Of a DNA stretch of 51,761 bases, positions 17,940 to 27,636 are shown piece after piece. A program made the position numbers and the translations under genes. A model generated the notes under the pieces. It was given only the letters and a program-made list of their open reading frames with translations. It was not told the origin of the DNA and did not search any database. The DNA lies in NCBI GenBank assembly GCA_038145405.1, contig JAYQPQ010000004.1:1-51761 (forward strand), written 5' to 3'. This stretch comes from Porticoccaceae bacterium. Lineage in GTDB: Bacteria > Pseudomonadota > Gammaproteobacteria > Pseudomonadales > GM7GCV1. Within the stretch, counting starts at the first letter, position 1. Every line of letters starts with the position of its first letter.

Positions 17940-18524
17940 GTGAACCACCCGCTAACGTTGGAACGACTCTTCGATGAGGCACGCACCCAGCGCCGCTACT
18001 TCGACCGTCCCTTGCCGGAGGGCACGCTTGAGGCGCTTTATGAGCACCTGAAGTGGGGCCCCACCAGCGGCAATTACTGCCCTGCCCGATTTACCTTTGT
18101 GCAGTCAAAGCAGGCACGCGAGCAGCTCGCCGATTGTGCCAGTGAAGGCAACCGCGAGCGCATCCGCACGGCGCCGGCCACCGTAATCATTGCCACGGAT
18201 GAAAAATTCTACGAGCACTTGGGCCTGCTTGTACCGCACCGCCCCAACGCCGCCGATGACTTCCGCAACAAACCCGAACTCGCCGCGACGACCGCCTTGC
18301 GCAACGGCACGCTGCAGGGCGCCTACCTGATGCTGGCTGCGCGCGGCTTGGGCCTGGACTGTACCCCCATGTCCGGCTTCAAGGCCGAAGAAGTCAACGC
18401 TCGCTTTTTTGCCGACAGTAGCTGGCGCGTCAACTTTATCTGCTGTCTGGGTTATGGTGATCCGCAAGCCCTGCACCCACGGGCTCCCCGCCTCAGCTTC
18501 AATCAGGCCTGCCAGGTGCTCTGA
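17940..18524 (+). CDS. Nitroreductase-family malonic semialdehyde reductase (RutE/YcdI-like)
   Basis: LFDEART, KWGPTSGN..PARF, ALRNGTLQGAYLMLAARGLGLDC.PMSGF, PRAPRL. Confidence 0.88.
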   Translation: MNHPLTLERLFDEARTQRRYFDRPLPEGTLEALYEHLKWGPTSGNYCPARFTFVQSKQAREQLADCASEGNRERIRTAPATVIIATDEKFYEHLGLLVPHRPNAADDFRNKPELAATTALRNGTLQGAYLMLAARGLGLDCTPMSGFKAEEVNARFFADSSWRVNFICCLGYGDPQALHPRAPRLSFNQACQVL

Positions 18525-18527
18525 AAC

Positions 18528-18845
18528 ATGCCGACCGCGGCAAACTTCAGCGAACGACTCAAGCAACTGCAACGTGAGGGTTGGATTCTATCGATCTCAG
18601 GCGATCAGCTATGCCGTCAGCTGCGCTTTGCCGATTTCGGCTCGGCTTTTGGCCTGATGCAGGAAGTGGCGCGCGAAGCGGAGCGCATCGATCACCACCC
18701 CGACTGGTCCAACAGCTTCAACCGGGTAACCATTTGCCTGACCACCCACAGCAGCCGCTCGTTGACGGAGAAGGATTTGCAACTGGCGGAATTTATCGGC
18801 GCACTGGCGGGAAAACTAGCAAGCGCCGACAGTCAGGGAGAATGA
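18528..18845 (+). CDS. phhB: Pterin-4-alpha-carbinolamine dehydratase
   Basis: AERIDHHPDW...LTTH...LTEKD..LA signature. Confidence 0.88.
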   Translation: MPTAANFSERLKQLQREGWILSISGDQLCRQLRFADFGSAFGLMQEVAREAERIDHHPDWSNSFNRVTICLTTHSSRSLTEKDLQLAEFIGALAGKLASADSQGE

Positions 18846-18914
18846 GCTGCGGTTGCGGCCCATGGCCGCATTGATTAACGTGCTGATCGGTAGCCACCCC
18901 GAAACTGCACCGCC

Positions 18915-20363
18915 ATGAAACTGGAACATTCTGCTTTGTTGCACACCCAATGCTATATCAATGGCAACTGGGTGGACGGCGCCAACGGCACTATTGCCGT
19001 GGATAATCCAGCGACCGGCGAGCTGATCGCCAGCGTGCCGAATCTGGGCGCTAAAGAAACCCGACAGGCCATTGACTGTGCCCAGGCCGCCCTGCCAGCC
19101 TGGCGTGCACGCGCCGCCGCGGAACGCGCCGCCCTGCTCATGCAGTGGTATCAACTTATCAAATCGCATCGCCAGGATCTGGCGCGCATCATGACAGCCG
19201 AGCAGGGCAAACCGCTCACCGAAGCTCTAGGCGAAGTCGACTACGGCGCCTCTTTCGTTAAGTGGTACGCCGAAGAAGCGGTGCGCGTCTACGGCGAAAC
19301 CATACCCGCACCGCGTACCGACCAACGTATCTGGGTTATTCGCCAGCCCGTCGGGGTATGCGCGCTCATTACCCCCTGGAATTTTCCGCTCGCCATGATT
19401 ACCCGCAAGGCTGCTCCCGCGCTGGCTGCGGGCTGCACCCTGATCAGTCGCCCGGCTAGCCTGACGCCGCTGACAGCTCTGGCGCTGGCAGAGCTGGCGC
19501 ATCAGGCCGGCTTTCCGGCCGGTGTGTTCAATGTCATCAGTGGGGATTCGGGGCCTATCGGTGCCGAGCTGACCAGCAATGAAATGGTGCGCAAACTCAG
19601 CTTTACCGGATCTACAGCGGTGGGGCGCAAGTTGCTCGCCCAGTGCGCTGGCAGCGTCAAGAAGGTGTCGATGGAACTGGGCGGCAACGCACCCTTTATT
19701 GTCTTTGACGATGCCGACCTCGACGCCGCGGTCGAGGGTATCATGGCATCCAAATTTCGAAATACCGGCCAGACCTGCGTTTGTGCCAACCGCATTTATG
19801 TGCAGCGCAGCGTCTACCAGGAATTTGCCGACCGCTTGGTGGGGCGTGTGGCAGACCTGCTGGTTGGACCGGGCGATGAAGCCGGCGTCAACCAGGGCCC
19901 GCTGATCAACAGCGATGCGCTGGAGAAAGTAGAGGAGCATATCGCGGATGCCACCAGCAAGGGCGCCGCGTTGCTGTGCGGCGGCAAACGCCACGTCCGT
20001 GGGGGATTATTTTTCGAGCCCTCCGTACTAAGCCATTGCCGTGGCGACATGCTGGTGGCGCAAGAGGAAACTTTTGGTCCCGTCGCTCCGCTGTTTGCCT
20101 TTGAGGATGAAACCGACGTGCTGACGCAAGCCAATGCCACCGAGGTCGGTTTGGCCGCCTATTTCTACAGTCGGGACATGGGACGCATTATGCGCATTGC
20201 GGAAGGGCTGGAAGTCGGCATGGTGGGGGTGAACGCCGGCATCATATCCACAGCGGTTGCCCCCTTTGGCGGGGTCAAGCAGTCCGGTATCGGCCGCGAG
20301 GGAGGACGCCAGGGCCTGCTGGAGTACCTCGAGGAAAAGTACATTCTGCTAGGTGGAATCTAA
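18915..20363 (+). CDS. gabD: NAD(P)-dependent succinate-semialdehyde dehydrogenase
   Basis: ITPWNFP, SFTGST, SMELGGNAP, KFRNTGQTCVCAN, EETFGP, PFGGVKQSG. Confidence 0.92.
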   Translation: MKLEHSALLHTQCYINGNWVDGANGTIAVDNPATGELIASVPNLGAKETRQAIDCAQAALPAWRARAAAERAALLMQWYQLIKSHRQDLARIMTAEQGKPLTEALGEVDYGASFVKWYAEEAVRVYGETIPAPRTDQRIWVIRQPVGVCALITPWNFPLAMITRKAAPALAAGCTLISRPASLTPLTALALAELAHQAGFPAGVFNVISGDSGPIGAELTSNEMVRKLSFTGSTAVGRKLLAQCAGSVKKVSMELGGNAPFIVFDDADLDAAVEGIMASKFRNTGQTCVCANRIYVQRSVYQEFADRLVGRVADLLVGPGDEAGVNQGPLINSDALEKVEEHIADATSKGAALLCGGKRHVRGGLFFEPSVLSHCRGDMLVAQEETFGPVAPLFAFEDETDVLTQANATEVGLAAYFYSRDMGRIMRIAEGLEVGMVGVNAGIISTAVAPFGGVKQSGIGREGGRQGLLEYLEEKYILLGGI

Positions 20364-21364
20364 TCGCCGAATAATGCCTGCCAGCGGGCATTGGTCAAAT
20401 CGTGGAAATTGCTCTCGTCGGCAGGGTCGCGCAGTATCAGTAGCACCGCCAGCCCCTGAGTGTCGGCCAGAGCCAGCCCGCTGGCCGGATCGAGTATCAT
20501 CAGCGCCGTGGCCCAACCATCTGCCATGGTCACGTCTTCAGCTACCACCGAAGCCGATGCGATAGCGTTGTCCGCCGGCTGGCCCGTGCGCGCATCGATG
20601 ATGTGCGAATAACGGCGACCGTCCAGAATAAAGAAATTGCGGTAATCGCCAGAGGTTGCCACGGCCTGATCAACCAGTGGAAGCGTCAGGGTGGCAGAGG
20701 GTAGATTGCCGGCCGCGGGGTTTTCCACCCCAACCCGCCAGGGCTCGCCAAACTTGTCGCCCTGCGCCAGAAGTTCGCCGCCGATCTCAATCAGGAAATT
20801 ATCCAGTCCCTCAGCGCGCAGGTAATTCGCCACGGCATCTACGCCATAGCCCTTGGCGATGGACGAGAGATTTATCTGCAGGTCGTCGCGATCCTTGCAA
20901 AGGCGCGCTCCCGTCAGCTCGAGATGCTGGTAGCCGGAGCGCGCCAGCGTGGCAGCGATCAAACCGGCATCCGGCGCGCTGACACCTTCCGCTGCGCCAA
21001 AGCCCCACAGATCGATGACCGGTCCCAGGCTGACGTCGTAGGCGCCCTGGGTCAGCGCGGAAATCTCCAGCGCCGCACCCATGACCTCGGCAAAAGCCGG
21101 GGAAATATCCACACAGCCCGCCGCCATCTGGTTGAAGCGACTGATCTCCGAATCGGGATCCCAGGTCGACATGGCGCTGTTGACCTCGGCCAACACCTGC
21201 ATGATGCCGGTATGCAGCAGAGTCAAATCGCGATCTTGCGTCTCGGTGAGCACCAGCGACCAGGTGGTACCCATGGTCACGCCGGCCAGGCGCACGCTTT
21301 CCTCGGGCCGGGAGCACCCGGTCAGGGCGAGCAGCAAACACAGCGAGAATAAAGTGCCTTTCAT
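20360..21364 (-). CDS. apbE: FAD:protein FMN transferase lipoprotein
   Basis: Lipobox LTGC, GVTMGTTW, SSIAKGYGVD, ATSGDYRN, YSHIID, ADGWATA. Confidence 0.93.
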   Translation of the reverse strand: MKGTLFSLCLLLALTGCSRPEESVRLAGVTMGTTWSLVLTETQDRDLTLLHTGIMQVLAEVNSAMSTWDPDSEISRFNQMAAGCVDISPAFAEVMGAALEISALTQGAYDVSLGPVIDLWGFGAAEGVSAPDAGLIAATLARSGYQHLELTGARLCKDRDDLQINLSSIAKGYGVDAVANYLRAEGLDNFLIEIGGELLAQGDKFGEPWRVGVENPAAGNLPSATLTLPLVDQAVATSGDYRNFFILDGRRYSHIIDARTGQPADNAIASASVVAEDVTMADGWATALMILDPASGLALADTQGLAVLLILRDPADESNFHDLTNARWQALFGD

Positions 21365-21990
21365 CCTCGCGATTCGGGCCTCGGCATCTCGAAGGTCTCC
21401 TCAATCAGCGCGTAGTCCTGATAACCCAGACGGGCAATGGGGCGTAGTTTGCGGATGTCGACGCGCCCATCGGTGATCACCTTATCGGCAATATGGATGC
21501 CCACTACCTCGCCGATCACGATGCGTGCCTGCACCGAGGGTTTGCGGCTGGGAATATGCAAGACCTGGCGTAGACGACACTCCATGCTGACCGGCGATTC
21601 TGCCACCCGAGGGGGCTTCACCAGTTGGCAATCCGCCTTGGTCACGCCGGCGTACTCAAACTCATCGACCGTCCGGGCCAATGCAGTCGAGCTCTGGTTG
21701 ACCTGCTCACGCAAATCCCAGGTGGCCATGTTGTAGACGAATTCGCCGGTGCGCATGACGTTATAGGGCGTGTCCTTGACGTCGCCTTCCAGATGCGGAC
21801 CCACGGCCGAAAACATCAGGGTCGGCGGATCGTCGATCAGCATCTGGAAGTAACTAAAGGGCGCCAGATTGGCGACGCCCTCAGGGCTGAGGGTAGATAT
21901 CCAACCGATAGGCCGCGGCGACACTAGCGCCTTGATGGGATTAAAGGCCAGGCCGAGTGTCGATTTGTCCTGTTCAGGCCGGAAGAACAT
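21361..21990 (-). CDS. Flavin reductase-like FMN-binding protein
   Basis: PRPIGWIST, NLAPFSYF, KDT..N, PRVAESPV.MEC, PIARLGY; start could also be 22011. Confidence 0.9.
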   Translation of the reverse strand: MFFRPEQDKSTLGLAFNPIKALVSPRPIGWISTLSPEGVANLAPFSYFQMLIDDPPTLMFSAVGPHLEGDVKDTPYNVMRTGEFVYNMATWDLREQVNQSSTALARTVDEFEYAGVTKADCQLVKPPRVAESPVSMECRLRQVLHIPSRKPSVQARIVIGEVVGIHIADKVITDGRVDIRKLRPIARLGYQDYALIEETFEMPRPESRG

Positions 21991-22909
21991 GGGGTTCCTG
22001 ATCGATGGCAATCTGGCGCACCGCCAGCGCTCGATAAATGGGGAAATGTTCGGTTTCCTCCGCTCGACAGGTCAGGAAGTTAGCCACAGTCGATTGGGTT
22101 TCCTCGATGTCCACCTCGAGCAGCATTTGCGTCTCGCGATCCTGAAATCTGATGCAATGCCCTCGATCGCCCCGTGCATGATGGGAGTGGAACTGAAGAC
22201 GATCGATGCGATGGATTCCCACTTCACGACGTGCAAAGATCTCCGCCGCCTGCGTCAATTTAGGGTAGCAGCTGCGTCCGCGCATGTGCTCCGGTGCCAG
22301 TTCTCCCTTTTCGTAGAGCTGCACCAGCTCCAGTGCCTGCTGCGGGGTCACCCGACCGTAGTAAAGGCCGTGCGGCATACAAACCAGGTTGGCAGCAAAG
22401 CGGTCACCTCCGACGTGAGAAGCGCGCCACACGCGTTCGCCCAGGCGCTGGCGTAGGTGTTGATAGACCGGCATGCCGTATTTGGCGCAGCACTTGTCGC
22501 GCTTGCCATGGGTACATACCAGGTAGATTGGACCTGTCTGTGGGCCGGCATAGGTGCCAGCCAGAATCTCCGCATAGGGCAGTTCGAGCAGATCTTCATA
22601 CTCGATCCAATCAAAGCCATAAATCTCGGCCCGCGCATTGCGGCTGATAATGACAAAGGCTTTGCGAACTGGGAGCAGCTTTGCGTCGGAATTGCGAATC
22701 AACAGGATGCTGGACTTTTCCTGGCCAAAGAAGTGCGCCAGATGGTCCCGCACGTGTGGCGGAACCGCACTGCCAGCGTAGGCTTGAATAGCCCAGGCCG
22801 CATGATCCTGTAGCAACAGCCAGGCGCGGCGGGTACCCACCGTGCCGGCCAGCATCTCGCTACTCTGCAGGGAAATATCCCGGCAAAAAATTGCTTTGTC
22901 CAGCATCTC
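21974..22909 (-). CDS. Sucrase/ferredoxin-like (thioredoxin-fold [2Fe-2S]) protein
   Basis: LVCTHGKRDKCCAKYG, SHVGGDRFAANL, YYGRV, RGRSC. Confidence 0.88.
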   Translation of the reverse strand, partial: EMLDKAIFCRDISLQSSEMLAGTVGTRRAWLLLQDHAAWAIQAYAGSAVPPHVRDHLAHFFGQEKSSILLIRNSDAKLLPVRKAFVIISRNARAEIYGFDWIEYEDLLELPYAEILAGTYAGPQTGPIYLVCTHGKRDKCCAKYGMPVYQHLRQRLGERVWRASHVGGDRFAANLVCMPHGLYYGRVTPQQALELVQLYEKGELAPEHMRGRSCYPKLTQAAEIFARREVGIHRIDRLQFHSHHARGDRGHCIRFQDRETQMLLEVDIEETQSTVANFLTCRAEETEHFPIYRALAVRQIAIDQEPHVLPA

Positions 22910-23164
22910 ATTTGCACATGAAATTCGGGCAACGATCATAGCATCCCGAGCTCGATCCGTTACAATGCGCAGCCTTTCGCCATGCGGCCTGCGCCCGCAT
23001 CAGAGCGACCCGATCGACCGAGACCCCACTGAAAATGGTGCAGTGCTTTACAAGACTTAAAAGTTCTAGCGAAAGGCTTACGCCTGCCGCCGAAGGCTAT
23101 CAGTTATCATTTGCAACGGGTTCACTGTCCTCCATTTCACCACTTAACCCCTGATGGAATTTCA

Positions 23165-25363
23165 ATGAAATTTGCGCTGAGAAGCCTGCTGGTAATGTTT
23201 ACCCTTGCCAGTTCTCTCCAGGCCCAGACTGTGAATACGGCAAATAAGTCTTTCCAGATTCCCAAGGTCGACGCCGAACCTACCATTGATGGCCAGCTTT
23301 CCCCAGGTGAATGGGACGATGCCGTGGTGATTGACGACTTCTACGAGGTGCGTCCGATCGAGTTTGCCGAGGCCAAGATGCGTACGGTTTACTACCTCAA
23401 GTACACCGAAGATGCCTTACTGGTCGGTGTCTATGCTTACGACAACCCCGCCAACATCACCGCTCAAGTGTTGCGCCACGGCGTATCTCTCATGAACGAT
23501 GATCGTGTCCATATTCTGCTGGACACTTTTAATAATCAGCGCAGTGGCTACCAATTTCAGACCAATCCCAACGGGGTACGCTACGAGGGGCTCTATACCG
23601 GAGCCAACGGTATATCCTATGAGTGGACCGCTATCTGGGACGCGGGCGCACAGATCGTCGCCGACGGCTGGACCGCCGAGATGCGCATCCCCTTCAAGAG
23701 CCTGACCTTCAGTCCGGATAGTGACACCTGGGGCGTCAATTTCTGGCGCGAAATTCCCCGCGACCGCTCGCGCATTGGCTGGATGTCGCGCAATGGCCAG
23801 AGCAATCTGCCCAACTCCGGCACCATGTCCGGGCTCACCGGGCTGAACCAGGGTATGGGACTCGATATCACGCCGGTGCTGAGCTCGACCTACGCCGACA
23901 ACGAGCTGACCGGAGCGCGTTCAGAGGCCAATCCGTCGCTGGACATGACCTATAAGCTGACGCCGTCGCTGAACCTGACACTCACCCTGAATACCGACTT
24001 TGCTGCAACCGAAGTCGACAGTATTCAGCTCGATCTGGGGCGCTTCAGCACAAGACTGCAGGAGAAGCGCGGCTTTTTCCTGACCGATATGGACATCTTC
24101 GCCTTCGCCCCGCGCGGTGGCATGAGTGGTGGCTCAGGCGGCGGAGGTGGTGGTGGCGCGGGTAGTCCCGACCCCTTCTTTTCGCGCAATATCGGCATTG
24201 TGCGCGGCCAGGCAGTCGACCTGATCGGCGGCGTCAAGCTGAGTGGTCGTATCGGTGGCTTTGATGTCGGCACGCTGCTGATTCGCCAGGACGAAGCCGG
24301 CACGGTCGATGCCACGAACCTCTTCGTTGGTCGACTCAAGCGAACTGTCTTGACCGAATCCGAGCTGGGCGTGATATATACCAATGGCGATCCCTCATCC
24401 AACGATGAGACCTCGACCCTGGGTGTTGACTTTACCTACCGCAATACCCGCATCGGCAATAACCGCGATCTGGAAATTCAGCTGTGGGCGCAGCAGAGCG
24501 ACAACCCAGGAGTGACCTCGGACAATATGGCCTGGAACGCCTCTTTCAATCTGCCCTCGCGCAATTCCTGGAACATGATGGGGCGCGTGCAGGAAGTGCA
24601 GGAGAATTTTGACCCGCGTCTGGGTTTTGCCAATCGCACTGGCGTCCGTCAGTACTCGTTGACTGGCGGCAACTACTGGATCTTCCGCGGTCACCCCTGG
24701 ATTCAGCAAATCCAGTCGAGTCTGGCCCTGGCCAAGTACGAGAACCTCGATGATGGCAGCCGTCAGTCCAGCAGCATCGACTGGACCATCATCAACCTGA
24801 GTACAATAAGTGGCGATGTGCTGAGTCTTAATGCCAGCAAGGATGTCGAGCTGCTGCGCGTGGGTGAGCGCGTCCCGCTGGCCAGTCTGGGCGTCGTTAT
24901 TCCTGCTGATGAATACAACAACTACGACATCAGCTTGATGCTGAACACCAGCGGCGCAAGATCCTGGGATTCCCGCCTGCGTGTTAGCGGCGGTGATTAC
25001 TACACAGGAACAAGGCTGGTGGTAGGACCAGCTTTTGGCTGGCGTCTCAACAAGCATTTGTCCTTCGACCTGAACTACACATTCACCCAGTACGATATGC
25101 CGGATGTAAAGGCCTATACCCGCGTCGCGACCATTACTAATGAAGTCGCTTTCTCGCCGTCGCTTTCGCTGGTCAATATTGTGCAGTACGAAAATGTCTC
25201 GGACAGCTTGGGACTTAACTCGCGCTTCCGCTGGAACCTGGGTGCCGGCAAGGACATCTGGTTCGTCCTGAGCCACAATATGAGCGATACCGACGAAAAC
25301 GGTGAGTTCACGCGCGTAGAAAGCTCAGCCTCCTTCAAGTTCAGCTACACGCTGCGCTATTAG
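23165..25363 (+). CDS. CBM9-like domain plus DUF5916-type outer-membrane protein
   Basis: Signal peptide; PTIDGQL...EW, LDTFN, GWTAEMRIPFKSL, TLNTDFAATEVD, EKRGFF, PFFSRNIG; C-terminal aromatic beta-strand. Confidence 0.8.
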   Translation: MKFALRSLLVMFTLASSLQAQTVNTANKSFQIPKVDAEPTIDGQLSPGEWDDAVVIDDFYEVRPIEFAEAKMRTVYYLKYTEDALLVGVYAYDNPANITAQVLRHGVSLMNDDRVHILLDTFNNQRSGYQFQTNPNGVRYEGLYTGANGISYEWTAIWDAGAQIVADGWTAEMRIPFKSLTFSPDSDTWGVNFWREIPRDRSRIGWMSRNGQSNLPNSGTMSGLTGLNQGMGLDITPVLSSTYADNELTGARSEANPSLDMTYKLTPSLNLTLTLNTDFAATEVDSIQLDLGRFSTRLQEKRGFFLTDMDIFAFAPRGGMSGGSGGGGGGGAGSPDPFFSRNIGIVRGQAVDLIGGVKLSGRIGGFDVGTLLIRQDEAGTVDATNLFVGRLKRTVLTESELGVIYTNGDPSSNDETSTLGVDFTYRNTRIGNNRDLEIQLWAQQSDNPGVTSDNMAWNASFNLPSRNSWNMMGRVQEVQENFDPRLGFANRTGVRQYSLTGGNYWIFRGHPWIQQIQSSLALAKYENLDDGSRQSSSIDWTIINLSTISGDVLSLNASKDVELLRVGERVPLASLGVVIPADEYNNYDISLMLNTSGARSWDSRLRVSGGDYYTGTRLVVGPAFGWRLNKHLSFDLNYTFTQYDMPDVKAYTRVATITNEVAFSPSLSLVNIVQYENVSDSLGLNSRFRWNLGAGKDIWFVLSHNMSDTDENGEFTRVESSASFKFSYTLRY

Positions 25364-25366
25364 TCA

Positions 25367-25399
25367 GCAGCCCGGGTAAGCGAAGCGCCTACCCCGGGC
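25367..25399 (+). repeat. REP-like palindrome
   Basis: GCAG-CCCGGG-TAAGCGAAGCGCCTAC-CCCGGG just after the stop codon; resembles GTAG-type REP elements; single copy in this window. Confidence 0.5.
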
Positions 25400-25469
25400 G
25401 CCCTCAGCAAAATTGGGGCAAAGCTGCTATCCTGCCGCTAGCTCAACAGTCAGCCTGCCAACCATTGAG

Positions 25470-26393
25470 ATGAAGCGCCTTTTTGTCCTGCTCGCCCTTT
25501 TCTGTCTGGTGCCAGCTGCGGCTCAGGCTCAGCTGCCGCAACCGGCTGCGGAGGCCAGCACTCCCCGCACCCTGAGTCTGCAAGGTGAAGTGATAGCTTT
25601 TGATTTCACCAGTCCAGTCACGCGTATTGTCTTGGACGTACGCAACTCCGATGGCAGCGCCTCGGCCTGGACAGCTGAGACGCGTTCGGCGGTCGAATTG
25701 CGACGCTTTGGCTGGACGTCGAACTCCCTTACCCCCGGTGAAGTTATTCTGGTGCGCGGCCAGGTGCTGGATGCCAGCACGGGCCGGTTGCAGTTGCAGG
25801 AAGTCGAGCGGGTAAATGGCACCCGACTGGTACCAGGCGATTCGCGGGCCCTTTCCCAGATCAGCGGCGGGACCTATCAGCTCGTCCCCGGACGCAGTTT
25901 TGTGCGCCTGTCCTTCGACCATCAGGGCTTTTCTACCGCCAGCTTCTGGTTCACTCGCATGCTTGCATCCGTGACGCTGGACAGCGACGCCCAACCGGTT
26001 TCCCTGCAGGTAGATCTACTGACTGAAGATCTGGAGAGCGGATCGGCTGAACTTACCCGCCTGCTGAAGAGTGGTGCCTTTTTTGCAGCTTCCAGTTATC
26101 CAGTCATCTCCTATGCCAGTCGCAAAATTCAGGCCTTGGGTGAAAATCGCTATCGCGTGGATGGCGAACTAAACATCAAGGGCATTGGCTATCCGCTCGA
26201 GCTGCGGACCGTGGTCAACCGGGCAGGAGCCCACCCCCTGACGGGAAATCCTGGTTTCGGTATCTCGGCACGAGGAAGCCTCGACCGGGCAAACTGGTCC
26301 CTCGATCAATTTGGGCCAGCTGTCGGCCTCGAGGTTCAGATCGAAGTTGATGCGGAGTTTGAACTGGGCGTCGGCAGCAACTCAGGTCGTTAA
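25470..26393 (+). CDS. Periplasmic DUF6152-like domain fused to a YceI-like lipid-binding domain
   Basis: Signal peptide; N-half GEV..F.FTSP..I.LDV...W..E......LRRFGW...SL.PGE.I.V.G; C-half FDHQGFS, LKSGAFF...YP.I.Y.S, VDGELNIKG, GFGISARGSLDR. Confidence 0.75.
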   Translation: MKRLFVLLALFCLVPAAAQAQLPQPAAEASTPRTLSLQGEVIAFDFTSPVTRIVLDVRNSDGSASAWTAETRSAVELRRFGWTSNSLTPGEVILVRGQVLDASTGRLQLQEVERVNGTRLVPGDSRALSQISGGTYQLVPGRSFVRLSFDHQGFSTASFWFTRMLASVTLDSDAQPVSLQVDLLTEDLESGSAELTRLLKSGAFFAASSYPVISYASRKIQALGENRYRVDGELNIKGIGYPLELRTVVNRAGAHPLTGNPGFGISARGSLDRANWSLDQFGPAVGLEVQIEVDAEFELGVGSNSGR

Positions 26394-27581
26394 AGTCGCC
26401 GCCAGCGCATCGTAGTCATAGACCCATTTATAAACCTGCCCTAGCGCCTGGTCTCCTCGGCTACCCAACAGGTGCATGCCGCCAAGACGCATCGTGCGCA
26501 GCATTCCACGCGGCTGGTGAAAGGTCTGCATATTCTGTTCGGCGACCCGCTGTATCGCTGCAACACGAGGCAGTCTTAAGCTCTGGTAGCGGTGCAGAGC
26601 TGCGTCCAACTCAATTGGAGCATGCTCAAGCAATACCGCCAGCACGGCGGCATCCTCCAGTGCCATGACCGCGCCCTGCGCCATAGAGGGCAGCATGGCA
26701 TGTGCGGCATCGCCGAGCAGCACAATGCGACCCTTCCACCAGGGCTGACTCCAGTCCGACTGATACAGACCCCACCGGTAACTGGATTCCAGTGGATCGA
26801 GCAATGCAGCCAGCGGTGCAGCCAGATCGGCAAAGGCGGTGCGAAATTCAGTCGAGTCGGCGGCGTTGTGCCAAAGTGGCGGAACCGCCTCGGGGTGATT
26901 GGAGCAGGCCACCAGGTTGAGAAGCGTGCCGCCGCGCAGGGGGTAGTGCACCAGATGTTTGCCCGGCGCCAGCCAGATGCCCGGTTTGCTGATATCCGGC
27001 CGGCCGGCCAGTTCCCGCACATCGACCAGGGCACGCCAGGCAACGCGCCCCGAAAAGCGGGCAGCGTTGCGATGCAGGCCGAGTCGGGCTACCGATGAAC
27101 GCATACCATCGGCGCCGACGAGCAAGTCGCTGTCATACCCTTTGCCCTTCTCCACCAGGGCTTTGACGCCGCTTCTCGACTGCTCCAGCGCCACCAAGCG
27201 TGCGCCGAGCTCGATTCGGATATTGGACTCCGATTGGCAAGCGCGCAGTAGCAGATCCTGCAGATCGGCACGATGCACATGCAGGTGCGGAAATCCGAAC
27301 TGCTGCTCGGCAAAACGACTGAGAGGGAAGGTACAGAGCTTGCGGCCGCTGAGCCCATCGCCGAGCCAGCCAAAGGGCGCGCAAGAGGCGCGCTCGCGCA
27401 AGGCATCAAGCAGGCCCCAGTGGTGCAGAATACGACAGCCATTGGCGCCGATCTGAATGCCCGCGCCAACTCCCTGGATGGCGGCCGCCTGCTCCAGTAG
27501 CTGCACCTGATGCCCGGACCTGGCCAGAGCCAGTGCCAGGCCCAGCCCCCCTATGCCGGCGCCGACAATACAAATCTGCAT
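26382..27581 (-). CDS. FAD-dependent monooxygenase (salicylate/3-hydroxybenzoate hydroxylase-like)
   Basis: IVGAGIGGL, GAGIQ, VHRADL, VGADGMRS, LLGDAAHAMLPSMAQGA. Confidence 0.9.
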   Translation of the reverse strand: MQICIVGAGIGGLGLALALARSGHQVQLLEQAAAIQGVGAGIQIGANGCRILHHWGLLDALRERASCAPFGWLGDGLSGRKLCTFPLSRFAEQQFGFPHLHVHRADLQDLLLRACQSESNIRIELGARLVALEQSRSGVKALVEKGKGYDSDLLVGADGMRSSVARLGLHRNAARFSGRVAWRALVDVRELAGRPDISKPGIWLAPGKHLVHYPLRGGTLLNLVACSNHPEAVPPLWHNAADSTEFRTAFADLAAPLAALLDPLESSYRWGLYQSDWSQPWWKGRIVLLGDAAHAMLPSMAQGAVMALEDAAVLAVLLEHAPIELDAALHRYQSLRLPRVAAIQRVAEQNMQTFHQPRGMLRTMRLGGMHLLGSRGDQALGQVYKWVYDYDALAATLTT

Positions 27582-27636
27582 GTGGTCAGTAAATCGTCTG
27601 GCAGGCGCCAGTGCAAGGGAGCAGCGGAATCCGGCC

